Notes: generated by a model from the sequence alone, not told the origin. A DNA stretch of 64,000 nt from a virus (IMGVR_UViG_3300043384_000010:26317-90316); one strand, 5' to 3'; shown: positions 19,349 through 28,908, counted from the first letter of the stretch. A program made the numbers and translations.

Positions 19349-19519
19349 AGGACGGAGCCCCCTCGGACCAACTCGGTGGGAGCAGGCCACGGCGAAGGTC
19401 CCCGACGACCGGTGCCCGACGTGCGGGCAGGAAGAGGTCAACTACTTCACCCGCACCGACTGACCCGACCGCCCCCGCCCCTGTGCCCCTCCCCGCGAGG
19501 GGCACAGTCATGTCCGGGG

Positions 19520-20788
19520 TCATGACGCCACCCGCCGATCAGCGAGGACGGACACGTCAGCACCGACAGCGGCAGCGATCACATGGGCAGCTAGCAGGGG
19601 TGGGACCGCGTCACCGATCTGCCGGAACTGCGCGGACCGTGTCCCGGCCCACGGGTAGCCCTCCGGGAACGACTGGAGTGCAGCCGCCTCCTCAACCGTG
19701 ACCCGGACAGCGTTCGTGAACATCGGCTCTGGATCCTTCCCCCGGCAGCATCCGGGAGCCATGCACCGGTGTCCGGGCGCCGCGATGCGCGGGTCGCCCT
19801 GAACGGTCGTGGATGGCCGTTCCTGCGCCCACCGCCAGTTGCCGTTGTCCATCGCAGCAGGGATCGTCGCCGACGGTGACCCGGCGGGGCGGACGGTCCC
19901 CTTGGCGGTCTTCACATCCCCCATCACCCATGAGCGGGTCGTCTCCGTGAGCGCCCACGAGGGCCGGTTCATGGAGAACTCGTTCCCGCCGGGCGTGGTC
20001 CGGTTCCCTCTGGTGTTGACAACACCAGAGGGAACCGGACCACGCCCAAGCGCGTCAGCCATCGACACCCATGGCTGCAGGCCGGTCCCGAACAGGGAAT
20101 CGTCGGTTCCGTGCCAGCGGCCACCGTCCGGCAGTGTCGGATCGTAGGCAGTGTGTGTCGCCTGGGGGGGGGCAACCGGGTGGGTTCGGGAGGCGATGAG
20201 GATTGCCCGCCCCCTCGTCTGGGGAACCCCGTACCGCTCAGCCGACAGGACTCCGGCCCACGCCACGTACCCGAGAGATTGGAGCCAGCGGGTGAGCATC
20301 CGCCAGAACGGGAGAACAGCCGGTACCTGCTCCAGGGCGATGTTCTCCGGCCTCGTGGCGAGAACCCACCGAATCACTTCAAGGACGAGAGGGGACCTGT
20401 AGTCATGCCAGGTGCCGGCCTGGTCGCCTTCCCCTGCCGGGAGCGGCCCCTCCTGCCCGTACGGCTCCCATTGGCCGGACGCGATGACCCGGGAGGCGTG
20501 CGCGTAGATGGCGGCCTGGTCGAGGATCCCGAGCCGCTTCCCAGCCTTGGACCACGCCTGGCAGGGAGGGCTGAACAGCATCAGCCACACGAGCTCACGG
20601 AAACCGTCGAGGCAGAAGTCCCGGACATCCGCCCGGACACGGGTGTGCCCGGCAGATGACGCCGTCTGACATGCGGCCATGTCCCACTCGATGCCGACGT
20701 CCGGGACGTCGGGGAGGCCGAGCATGCGCAGTCCCGTCCCCCAACCCCCGGGGCCTGCGCAGCCCTCGAGAACGACCCTGCGGTTCAC
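19520..20788 (-). CDS. C5 DNA cytosine methyltransferase
   Basis: CAGPGG, SPPCQAWS, LEQVPAV, YGVPQTRGRA, RQIGDAVPP motifs. Confidence 0.9.
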   Translation of the reverse strand: MNRRVVLEGCAGPGGWGTGLRMLGLPDVPDVGIEWDMAACQTASSAGHTRVRADVRDFCLDGFRELVWLMLFSPPCQAWSKAGKRLGILDQAAIYAHASRVIASGQWEPYGQEGPLPAGEGDQAGTWHDYRSPLVLEVIRWVLATRPENIALEQVPAVLPFWRMLTRWLQSLGYVAWAGVLSAERYGVPQTRGRAILIASRTHPVAPPQATHTAYDPTLPDGGRWHGTDDSLFGTGLQPWVSMADALGRGPVPSGVVNTRGNRTTPGGNEFSMNRPSWALTETTRSWVMGDVKTAKGTVRPAGSPSATIPAAMDNGNWRWAQERPSTTVQGDPRIAAPGHRCMAPGCCRGKDPEPMFTNAVRVTVEEAAALQSFPEGYPWAGTRSAQFRQIGDAVPPLLAAHVIAAAVGADVSVLADRRVAS

Positions 20789-20861
20789 GGTCGCGCCGCC
20801 GGAGTGTAGTAGCGGCGGACCGGGATCCCTGCATCCTCGGCCCATCCGGTGATCAGGACCC

Positions 20862-21053
20862 TCACGACGCCCACCCGATCCCCTCGATAGAGGCATGCCA
20901 GGACGTGCGCCAGGAGTGGCCACATGCTGGGCAGGCGTAGTGGCCGACCCCACCCACATCGGTGTCAGCCCACAACCACGGCGACGCCACCACGGTCCGA
21001 TTCAAGTCGGGGACACGGCACGCCCTCGGGCAGCCATCAGGGCGAGGCATCAT
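20862..21053 (-). CDS. Small Zn-ribbon protein
   Basis: CPRAC...YACPACGHSW. Confidence 0.55.
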   Translation of the reverse strand: MMPRPDGCPRACRVPDLNRTVVASPWLWADTDVGGVGHYACPACGHSWRTSWHASIEGIGWAS

Positions 21054-22354
21054 GACGCCGCCATGTCCACGAAGCGCGAGAAGTGGAGTTGCGCGGCGAG
21101 GACGACCGTTGTCGGTTCGCCCTTGCGTACCTTGTCGAAGATCACATCGACCTCTCCAGCCCGCGGGCTTTCCTTCTCGTACACGTCCTCCCGGTACAGC
21201 AGGACGACGACATCCGCGTCCGATTCCAGCGACCCCGATTCGCGTAGGTCGGCCATCATGGGCCGCTTGTCCTGCCGCATCTCCGGGCCGCGGTTCATCT
21301 TGGACACCACCATGATCGGGACGTGTTCGGCCATCGCCGTTGTCTTCAACCCGCGGGAGATCGCACCCACGGCTTCCTCCCGCTTCCCAGCACCTGGGGG
21401 GGTGGTCATCAGTTGGAGCTGGTCGACGATCACCAGGTCGGGGCGGTGGCGGCGGATAGACGCCCGCAGCGCGGGGAGCGTCAACTCCGCCGTGTCGTCG
21501 ATGATCAGGTCAGCGCCGTCCATGTCCTGGCGTGCCCTCGCGATCCTCTCCCACTCCCTGGCGTCCAGGGCGTGCTTCTGGATGCGCTCGTGGGACACTC
21601 CGGCCGCCAGGGCGACGATGCAGTCCTCCGTGTCCTCCCGGTCAACCTCCAGGGTGTGCAAGAGGACCCGCCTGTGTTGTTTCATCGCCACATGCGCGGC
21701 GATCCCCCGGACCAGCGTCGACTTGCCCATACCAGGACGAGCGGACACGACGATGAGCTGGCCGCCAGACATGGGGCGGACCTTCCGGTCCACATCGATC
21801 CACCCCCACGACAGACCCCCGACGTCGGTCCCGGTCTCAATCCGGTCGAGGATCGAATCGACCTCCCGGCCGAAGTTCGTGGCCTGCCCGGTCATCGCGA
21901 ACGACTCGGCGACCGCGGTGATCTCGGCCCCGGCGGCGGACACCAGGTCGTCGAGGTCAGCTCCGTCTGGGGAGTACCCGGACTGGGCGATCCGTGTCCC
22001 GGCCTCGATGAGACGCCGGAGGACCGCGCACTTCCTGACGATCTTGGCGTAGTAGCCGGCGCTAGCAGCCGTCGGGACCGACGAGAGGATCTCGTGCAGG
22101 TAGGCGGCCCCACCGACCCGGGACAGTTCCCCGAGACCTTGGAGTTCGGCGCACACCGCTACTGGGTCGGTTGGGGCGTCCCGGCCGTCGAGGTCGACGA
22201 TCGCGTCGAAGATGGTGCCGTGTGCTGGCCGGTAGAAGTCCACACCGGAGAGCAGCGAGACAACATCGGTGATGGCTGTCCGGGACATGAGCATCGCGCC
22301 TAGGACGGACTGCTCGGCAGTGACGTCCTGCGGTGGGATCCGGCCCTCAGTCAT
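21050..22354 (-). CDS. dnaB: Replicative DNA helicase DnaB
   Basis: AEQSVLGAML, ARPGMGKS, VDQLQL, DLRESGSLESDADVV. Confidence 0.95.
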   Translation of the reverse strand: MTEGRIPPQDVTAEQSVLGAMLMSRTAITDVVSLLSGVDFYRPAHGTIFDAIVDLDGRDAPTDPVAVCAELQGLGELSRVGGAAYLHEILSSVPTAASAGYYAKIVRKCAVLRRLIEAGTRIAQSGYSPDGADLDDLVSAAGAEITAVAESFAMTGQATNFGREVDSILDRIETGTDVGGLSWGWIDVDRKVRPMSGGQLIVVSARPGMGKSTLVRGIAAHVAMKQHRRVLLHTLEVDREDTEDCIVALAAGVSHERIQKHALDAREWERIARARQDMDGADLIIDDTAELTLPALRASIRRHRPDLVIVDQLQLMTTPPGAGKREEAVGAISRGLKTTAMAEHVPIMVVSKMNRGPEMRQDKRPMMADLRESGSLESDADVVVLLYREDVYEKESPRAGEVDVIFDKVRKGEPTTVVLAAQLHFSRFVDMAAS

Positions 22355-22751
22355 TCGACGCCCCGATCTCGGATGGGGCCGGGACGGCGCCGATCGCCTG
22401 CGGGATGGTCGCCCCGTCCGCGATCCGCGCCTTCCGGGACCGGAGGATCGCCACCCACTGAACGCCCGGGGTTGATTCGTCCACCCCGGCCATCAGTTCG
22501 GAGTCGGTCACATTGTGGAACCGCTCAGACCGGATGCTCCGGACGCCCGCCGCGACGTGCGACGGCTTGCACCAGTCGGTTGTGCCCGCGTGGTGTACCC
22601 GGACGGCCTGGAGTGCGTCCTCCCGTGATGTGACTCCCGCGATCTTCAACGCGTCGAGCCATGCCTGGATGTCGAACTTCCCGACGGTCCGCCGGTCGTA
22701 GGCGGCGCACAGGGTGAGGACGTCCACGACGTCGTCCCATTCGAGGCTCAC
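22347..22751 (-). CDS. Helicase loader/inhibitor-like protein (G39P-like)
   Basis: Position between initiator and dnaB; AAYDRRT...AWLDAL...AVRVHH...WCKPSHV. Confidence 0.6.
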   Translation of the reverse strand: MSLEWDDVVDVLTLCAAYDRRTVGKFDIQAWLDALKIAGVTSREDALQAVRVHHAGTTDWCKPSHVAAGVRSIRSERFHNVTDSELMAGVDESTPGVQWVAILRSRKARIADGATIPQAIGAVPAPSEIGASND

Positions 22752-23899
22752 GCGCCTCCTCCGATCGCGAGCAGGTGTGGCGGGTGGGTTGTGCCGCGCT
22801 TGAGTGATTGCGCCTGCATGACCCTGTCAGTGGTTGTGGATCCGGAACTGGGACCTGGCTTGGGTGCTATCGAGGCGATGGCCTTGAGGCGGAGTTGGTC
22901 GTATTGGGCGCGGAATGTCGGCATTGACTGGATGTTGGATCGCCAGAACGGGTCGGCTTGGCACCAGCGGATGAGGTTCGCTGCCTTGACGGGGTCGCGC
23001 CTGTCGGTGTCGATCATCAGTCGGGCGTTGTCGAGCCACTTGACGGTGATCGTTGGGCGTTTGCAGCCGTTGGCTGCCATGAGGTCTGCCAGGAGGTCGC
23101 ACAGGCTGTGGATGTCCTGGCGGGCGTTCTTGTCGGTCTTGGCCGAGGAGGAGGCAGAGTTGTCGTCGGTCGGGTCGCCTCCGTCGCGGGTGTCGTCGAT
23201 CTCCTGGTCGGTGGTCGCGTCAGCGGCTTCCGACGAAGAGAGGTTGTTGTTGTTTGGTTGCAGGTTGCTAGGTGCAGGAGTAGGTCTAGGAGTGGGGCTT
23301 GGGTTTCCCGATGGGTTCCCCGAACCCTTCGGCTCATCCCTTCCGGAAGGGTTTCTGGAAGGGTTTCCGTGAGGGTTTCCGAGAGGGTTTCCGAGAGGGT
23401 TTCCGAGAGGGTGGGTGGATGGGTCGATCGCCTCCCTGGACACCATGTCCGACAGGAGTTCCTTGCTGGCCTTGGCCCCCCACGAGGTCAACTCGGGATG
23501 GTCCTCAGCGAGCCGCTTCACCTCGTGGACGATGACCCCGCGCAGCACGGACGACGCGACCGCCATGTGCGCGGAGTGCATCGCCACGGCCATGTTTGGC
23601 TGCTTCATCAGCCCGTCATGCCGGACGAACGAGCGCACTAGGACCTCCTCTGTGCCCTCATCCACCAGCACGTACATCTCGGCCTGCAACTGCGCTGCGG
23701 CCTGCTCCACCCTCTCTGGTGTCCAGTCGGGGCCGATGAGCGCGGCTAGACGCTTCGGGCGCCAGTCGGCCACCCCACAGTGAGTCAGCGACGGGTGGGT
23801 GAGCAGGACGAAGTAGAGGAGCTTGGAGTCGCCGCACAGACCCCGGAAGTCGTCGTCGGCCCAGATGGACAGCCGGATCGGCGCATACTCACGCGCCAT
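22748..23899 (-). CDS. Phage replication initiator (lambda O-like organisation)
   Basis: Upstream of loader and dnaB; internal iterons; C-terminal LIRWCQADPFWRSNIQSMPTFRAQYDQL. Confidence 0.75.
   Translation of the reverse strand: MAREYAPIRLSIWADDDFRGLCGDSKLLYFVLLTHPSLTHCGVADWRPKRLAALIGPDWTPERVEQAAAQLQAEMYVLVDEGTEEVLVRSFVRHDGLMKQPNMAVAMHSAHMAVASSVLRGVIVHEVKRLAEDHPELTSWGAKASKELLSDMVSREAIDPSTHPLGNPLGNPLGNPHGNPSRNPSGRDEPKGSGNPSGNPSPTPRPTPAPSNLQPNNNNLSSSEAADATTDQEIDDTRDGGDPTDDNSASSSAKTDKNARQDIHSLCDLLADLMAANGCKRPTITVKWLDNARLMIDTDRRDPVKAANLIRWCQADPFWRSNIQSMPTFRAQYDQLRLKAIASIAPKPGPSSGSTTTDRVMQAQSLKRGTTHPPHLLAIGGGA
23301..23412. repeat. 12-bp iterons; candidate replication origin
   Basis: GGGTTTCCGAGA at 23373, 23385, 23397; variants at 23301, 23313, 23349, 23361; inside the initiator gene. 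Confidence 0.7.
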
Positions 23900-24213
23900 C
23901 AGATCGTGGCCTCGTTATGCCTGACCCGGTAGTCCGGAGTGCCCCAGTGGTAGCCGTCGTCCCACTCAACGTCGACGGGCCCCTCATACCCGTCGGGGTC
24001 GCCGAGGCCAACGTCGTGGCTGGTGTCGGTGAGCCCCACCGCGTTGATCCACTCCGCGGCGTAGCAGTGCTGGTCGAAGAGTGGTCCATGCTCGCAAGAA
24101 TCACCGGACCACTCCTCACAGGTCTGGTCTGGGCAGCCCATCCGGCAAGGGGAGCAGGGGGGTGCCTCGCAGGTGAGCTGCCCGTCCCGGACGAAGTGGA
24201 CCGGGGCGGCCAT
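23899..24213 (-). CDS. Cys-rich hypothetical protein
   Basis: Coupled to the initiator gene. Confidence 0.5.
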   Translation of the reverse strand: MAAPVHFVRDGQLTCEAPPCSPCRMGCPDQTCEEWSGDSCEHGPLFDQHCYAAEWINAVGLTDTSHDVGLGDPDGYEGPVDVEWDDGYHWGTPDYRVRHNEATI

Positions 24214-24458
24214 CAGGCCACGTCCGCGGTACGCGACCGGGCTATGGTCCTGGCGATGACCAGTTGGACCCCACGATGGGTGAAGCCGATCAGCCTCCCG
24301 AGTTCCGCGTAGCTGATCCCGGCGTCATGACCGGCGACGAGGTCCCGGTCGCGGGCTGCCCGGAGGTCGTGGAGTTGCCGCGTGCGGTCGCGGATGCGCT
24401 GGGCAAGTTCGGGTTGGCCGAGGGGGCAGTCTTGGGGGTTCGTCTGTGAGAGACTCAC
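24213..24458 (-). CDS. Small HTH protein
   Basis: AGHDAGISYAELGRLIGFTHRGVQLVI; GAAAGGAG RBS. Confidence 0.65.
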   Translation of the reverse strand: MSLSQTNPQDCPLGQPELAQRIRDRTRQLHDLRAARDRDLVAGHDAGISYAELGRLIGFTHRGVQLVIARTIARSRTADVA

Positions 24459-24699
24459 AGGTAGCCCTCTCCTTTCCGTGGTGGAGATCGGGTCAGGTGA
24501 GGTCAGTGCGTCCGAGCACTGGCCTCATCGTCTTGTTACACGGTAGCAGCTTCGTGGCGGGCTGTAACGGGTCGGTGCCGGGATTTCACGCTACCGCCCG
24601 TAGCCGCCGATCACAGCCGGTCGCCGCCGTCCAGCACCCAAACGGGAGGGGCGGCCGGGATCCGGAGACCCCAACCACCCGCTCCGCCTGCATATCAGC

Positions 24700-25824
24700 T
24701 CAGCCGATACGCACCGGCATGATCAGGTGCCGGTACGCCGGGTCATCCTCCCCGGACGCCTCCACCTGCCCGGTGAGGACGGCCGGCTTCTGTGGCTGGG
24801 TGAACGACACCCGGACGGACGGTGTGGTAAGTGCGGCAAGCCCATCGAGCAGGAAATGCGGGTTGTACGCCTGTGTGATGTCAGGGCCGTCCATAGTGCA
24901 GTCCACGGACTCCACCGCCTGCGCGTCCTCCCCGGCGCCCGCCTCCACAGTCACAGACCCGGACGTGAACGACATCCGTGCCGGGGTGTTGCGTTCCGCG
25001 ACCAGGGCGACCCTACGGACGGCGTCCGTGAGGGCCGCAACCTCCACAACCGCGCACCCGGTCGACTCGGCCGGGAACAAGGCACGCACCTTGGGATAGT
25101 CGCCATCCACAAGCAGGGACGTGGACCGGCGGGACCCCACCTGGAATCCGACCATGCCGTTCCGGTCGTCGTCGGTAAGGGAGAGGGTCACGTCCCCGAC
25201 TGCGGCGATCCCGCGGGCCACGTCGGTGAGTGTGCGCGCCCTCACGAGCGCCGAGGAAGGGACGTCGGCGCCGTTCGGTGTCCACGGAATCTCCCGCAAC
25301 GCCAGCCGGTACCGGTCGGTCGCCATCAGGGTGAGTTTCCCGCCGTCGATCTCGACCAGCATCCCCGTCAGAATCGGGAGGGTTTCGTCCTTCGATGCGG
25401 CTACCGCCACCTGGGCGACTGCATGCGCGAACACCGGCCCCGCGACGACACCCACATCTGGGGGCATGTCCGGCAGTGTCGGGTACTCACCTACCGGCAT
25501 CGTGAGGAGCGTGAACTTCGACGCCCCACACTTGATCGTCACCCGGGACCCGTCCAACATCATGTCGACGGGACGGTTCGGGATGGCTTTCGCGATCTCC
25601 GCGAGCAGCCGACCGGACACGAGGACGGTCCCCGACTGTAGGACGTCGGCGGGGGCATCGACCCGCGCCGACGTCTCGTAGTCGAATGCGGACAGGCTCA
25701 GGGTTCCGTCCTCGGCGGTCAAGTGCATACCAGCCAGGACAGGCATGGCGGCCTTCGATGGGAGCGTCTTCGCCGCCCACGCGACAGCGTCAGCGAACAC
25801 GTCACGCTCGATACGGATCTTCAC
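24700..25824 (-). CDS. dnaN: DNA polymerase III beta sliding clamp
   Basis: MKIRIERDVFADAVAW, SAFDYETSA, ATDRYRLA, GDYPKVRALFP, LIMPVR. Confidence 0.95.
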   Translation of the reverse strand: MKIRIERDVFADAVAWAAKTLPSKAAMPVLAGMHLTAEDGTLSLSAFDYETSARVDAPADVLQSGTVLVSGRLLAEIAKAIPNRPVDMMLDGSRVTIKCGASKFTLLTMPVGEYPTLPDMPPDVGVVAGPVFAHAVAQVAVAASKDETLPILTGMLVEIDGGKLTLMATDRYRLALREIPWTPNGADVPSSALVRARTLTDVARGIAAVGDVTLSLTDDDRNGMVGFQVGSRRSTSLLVDGDYPKVRALFPAESTGCAVVEVAALTDAVRRVALVAERNTPARMSFTSGSVTVEAGAGEDAQAVESVDCTMDGPDITQAYNPHFLLDGLAALTTPSVRVSFTQPQKPAVLTGQVEASGEDDPAYRHLIMPVRIG

Positions 25825-25985
25825 AGGGACACCTCACCATCAGCGATCAGGTCGAACAGGGACGGGTCCTGGGCGGTGTCCTCGTCCACCGCAGCCAGGT
25901 TTTTGACGGCCTGTTGGTAGTAGGACGGTTTCAGTTCGGCGCCGACCCCCTTCCGGCCCAACTCGACCGCCGCATACGGCTGGCC
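25821..25985 (-). pseudogene. C-terminal remnant of an N6/N4 DNA methyltransferase
   Basis: YAAVELGRKGVGAELKPSYYQQAVKNL with no upstream catalytic part. Confidence 0.65.
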
Positions 25986-26088
25986 AGGACACACCCGTGT
26001 CCGTCGGTGGCCACCACGGCCCGCAGGCACCCGCAGCAGGCGTACCCGTACTCCCGGTCCGCAGCCTCAAGTACGGCCAAGGAGGCGG

Positions 26089-26556
26089 TCAGGTGCGCGG
26101 GGGTGGGACGAGCCGCAACCTCGCCCCGGTCGGGACGTCAGGCGCCACCGGGGGCGTCCACCAGGGGCGCGCCCACTGATACAGGGCGTCCATGTCGAGG
26201 TCCGGGAACACGGCGGCCAGCACCCCGCCCTTGCCGGCATGCGGGGCGTCCGTGAACACCGCGGACCGCATCCGGGCCATACTGCCGCCGTCCGGGAACG
26301 CCGCCCCCACCAGCGCGCCCGGGGGGACCTCGTCGCCGCCGTTACGGCCCAACACGTCCAGGTCGATCGCCCACGAGAGCGCGACCCCGAGAGGCATGAC
26401 GTCCGCGAACGTCCTGCCCTCCACGACGCTGTACCGGGGTAGTGCCATCGTCCACACCCGGGTCAGGTGGCCGACCCTCCGGGCATGCTCGACGAGACGC
26501 ATCCTGTCGGTGGCCAGTGGTATCGACGGCGCGGCATGGACCGCCACCACGGTCAC
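26089..26556 (-). CDS. Hypothetical protein
   Basis: Coupled ORF. Confidence 0.5.
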   Translation of the reverse strand: MTVVAVHAAPSIPLATDRMRLVEHARRVGHLTRVWTMALPRYSVVEGRTFADVMPLGVALSWAIDLDVLGRNGGDEVPPGALVGAAFPDGGSMARMRSAVFTDAPHAGKGGVLAAVFPDLDMDALYQWARPWWTPPVAPDVPTGARLRLVPPPRT

Positions 26557-27227
26557 CGGGGTGGCCTTTCGCGCATGCCCTTGACGGCGCCCTCAGGTCG
26601 GTCATCTCGACTGTCGATGTCGACCCACGCGCCCGGCGGCGTCCAGCCCCGGTCGACCGCGTTCCGGGACGCCGCATCCGACGGCCCCGGGCACAACCAC
26701 AGTCCGCGGTACAGGCCGCGGATAGCGGCGTCCATCCGGGCAGACACACCCACATACCGGCCGGATTGGACGTGAGAAACCGTCGAGCAGGACACCCCGA
26801 GACGCGCCGCGAGATCCCTGGTCGACCACCCCTGCCAGGCGAGACCCTGCAACCTGCGCCGGGCAGGCCACGCAGGGAGTTTCCCGACTCGCGGCCTACG
26901 GACCGGACCGGCGAGGACGATCCTCGCCGTCCCGACACCGGGCAGGGAGTCGCGGACACCCACGTACCGTTCGATGATCTCTTTCGTGAGGCCGTAGGCG
27001 TCGGCGACCGCCGTGCAGGACCATCCGTCGTCCACGAGTTGTTGGATGACGCGCTGTGCCGCCTGGCGGATACGGAGGCTCGTCGCGGTGGGGATCTTCC
27101 CTGCCCGCCACATTTTGGCCATTTTGAGGCGGCCGGGACGGCAGCATGGGCCGTCGCAGTTTGTCCAAGTGGAGTGTTTGCGGCGCCTGCATTCCTGTGG
27201 TCTGGCGTTGATCGGTTCGGCGGTCAT
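26553..27227 (-). CDS. Double-HTH phage DNA-binding protein
   Basis: ARRRLQGLAWQGWSTRDLAARLGVS; GWTPPGAWVDID. Confidence 0.7.
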   Translation of the reverse strand: MTAEPINARPQECRRRKHSTWTNCDGPCCRPGRLKMAKMWRAGKIPTATSLRIRQAAQRVIQQLVDDGWSCTAVADAYGLTKEIIERYVGVRDSLPGVGTARIVLAGPVRRPRVGKLPAWPARRRLQGLAWQGWSTRDLAARLGVSCSTVSHVQSGRYVGVSARMDAAIRGLYRGLWLCPGPSDAASRNAVDRGWTPPGAWVDIDSRDDRPEGAVKGMRERPPR

Positions 27228-27484
27228 GACGCGGCGTCCCGTGCGTGGCGGGTGACCGGGTCACGTTCCACCGCCGGTTTCGGTGACGGGGCGATCCCCA
27301 GCATCTGCAACGCCCCCGCCAGGTCATCCCACGTGCTGGTGTCGGAGCGTTGCCACGCCTCGACGAGAGCGATCCCTGCCCGCCGCTTGTCCGCCTCGGA
27401 TGGGTCGACGACCCGCTGGGACATGAGGTCTCCGTCGGTGCCGACCTGCGATTTCGGGATCACCCGGCCGTCCGCCCGGCTCAC
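27224..27484 (-). CDS. Hypothetical protein
   Basis: 4-bp overlaps on both sides. Confidence 0.45.
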   Translation of the reverse strand: MSRADGRVIPKSQVGTDGDLMSQRVVDPSEADKRRAGIALVEAWQRSDTSTWDDLAGALQMLGIAPSPKPAVERDPVTRHARDAAS

Positions 27485-28011
27485 CGCGGGCCCCCAGTCG
27501 CAGCCAGTGCGGCACCCATCCGGGCGATCCTGGGGGCGGCGATGGACACGTCCCATGCGCTCCGGCAGTGCCTGATCGTCGCGGACTGGCCCGCCTTCCG
27601 GTTGAGCCCGCCCCGCCGCTCCGCGTCGGTTACGAGCCCGTCCGGGTAGCTGGCTAGCAGCCCGGACCCGTTCCCGCCCGGCGGGACCACGACGGCGGCC
27701 GGGAACTCCAGGAGGATGGCGCCGAGGACGATCCCGGCCCCGATGATCGCTGATGGGTCGGTGAGACCCAGGTGGGGGCACGGCTTCTTTACGCCCTCAA
27801 CGGCCACCTCAGCCAAGCCCATGAGGTTCGCGGCCTTCACGGCCATGGCCATCACATCGTTGAGGTAGTCGGCGGTGACGGTGGACGGGTCGCCCTGCCG
27901 GTAGTACCAGTTGGTGACGACCTCTGCGAGGAGGAGGGCTGTCCCGTCCCGGAGGATGACCCCGGTCTCCTTGGCGCCCGGGTCGATCCCGACCCACATG
28001 TGGCCGTTCAC
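27481..28011 (-). CDS. RuvC-like Holliday junction resolvase
   Basis: WVGIDPGAKETGV, VAVEG and a late Asp. Confidence 0.65.
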   Translation of the reverse strand: MNGHMWVGIDPGAKETGVILRDGTALLLAEVVTNWYYRQGDPSTVTADYLNDVMAMAVKAANLMGLAEVAVEGVKKPCPHLGLTDPSAIIGAGIVLGAILLEFPAAVVVPPGGNGSGLLASYPDGLVTDAERRGGLNRKAGQSATIRHCRSAWDVSIAAPRIARMGAALAATGGPR

Positions 28012-28289
28012 GCGGCACCCCCTCGACGCCAGCGGGTGGCCACCGTCGAGTTGTGCCTGTTGTCGTGCTCTCCGCAGCGAACCCCGTTCGCTGCGGCGAC
28101 GGCAGCGTGGTCATCGCACACGTACGCGACCCGCAGCCCACCACCAGGGCAGGACAGGATCACATCCCACACTGCGGGGGAGCCGCACGGGACAGGGACG
28201 TACTCCGGGCTGATCTCCCGCAGGGAGCACGTCACGGCGGGTTCCAGGAGTTGCCCGAATGGGCTGAGGTAGGTGTCGAGTAGGTCCAT
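28008..28289 (-). CDS. Cys-rich hypothetical protein
   Basis: Coupled ORF. Confidence 0.5.
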   Translation of the reverse strand: MDLLDTYLSPFGQLLEPAVTCSLREISPEYVPVPCGSPAVWDVILSCPGGGLRVAYVCDDHAAVAAANGVRCGEHDNRHNSTVATRWRRGGAA

Positions 28290-28542
28290 GGTTATGCCCC
28301 CCACGGGTCGTCTAGTGGCTGGTCGAGGCCGAGCCTCGCCAGTGATGCGGCAGCCCGGTCTTCTGCCTGCGCGGCGCGTTCCGCGGCGTCCACACAGGAG
28401 GCGCATCCGTCGCCTGCGCCTGGGGCGTCGAGGATCCGACGCAATTCCTGCAGGTGCGCGTGGTTGAGGCGGCCAGCCACCAGGAGGCCATGCTCGACGC
28501 CCTCCACCACCCGCAGCACCTCCCCGAGCTTCTCGGCGTCGG

Positions 28543-28908
28543 TCAACAGGCACGCATCCTCAGGTAGATGTTCTGTCCGCCCTGGACCATGACGGTCCGG
28601 ACCTCCCCGTGCGGGAGACCCATGGCGGTCTCCCGGGACACCACCGACGCGGGCAGTCCCGTCGGCAGGACCTCCCCGATGTCCGCGCCATACCAGGCGA
28701 CAAGGTCGAGGAGCGTCCCGATCCTGGGCTGCCTGTCGGCGCGCTCCCACGATCCGACCGCATATTGCGTCCAAACGCCGCCTGATTTCTCCTCCACCTC
28801 GGCGCGGGACATGTTCCGCTGTTGGCGGATCAGCCTCAGCCGCCGCCCAACCTCGGCGGCGCGCTCCTTGTCGCGCACGGCGGCTGCGACCTCTTCGGCG
28901 GTGGCCAT
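28543..28908 (-). CDS. XRE-family regulator resembling the BldD DNA-binding domain
   Basis: GRRLRLIRQQ..S..EVEEKSGG.W....VGSWERADR......L..L...YG....E.LP. Confidence 0.75.
   Translation of the reverse strand: MATAEEVAAAVRDKERAAEVGRRLRLIRQQRNMSRAEVEEKSGGVWTQYAVGSWERADRQPRIGTLLDLVAWYGADIGEVLPTGLPASVVSRETAMGLPHGEVRTVMVQGGQNIYLRMRAC

Larger units (their letters stand above)
17906..19366 (-). mobile_element. IS200/IS605-family (IS1341-type) element, TnpB plus Arc/RHH, no TnpA
   Basis: Right end GAATCCCCGTCGTTCACGGCGGGGAGGACGTCAA (GAAT-hairpin-TCAA); left-end hairpin CCGTCCTTCAGGGCGG; removal restores the reading frame of the interrupted gene. Confidence 0.85.
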
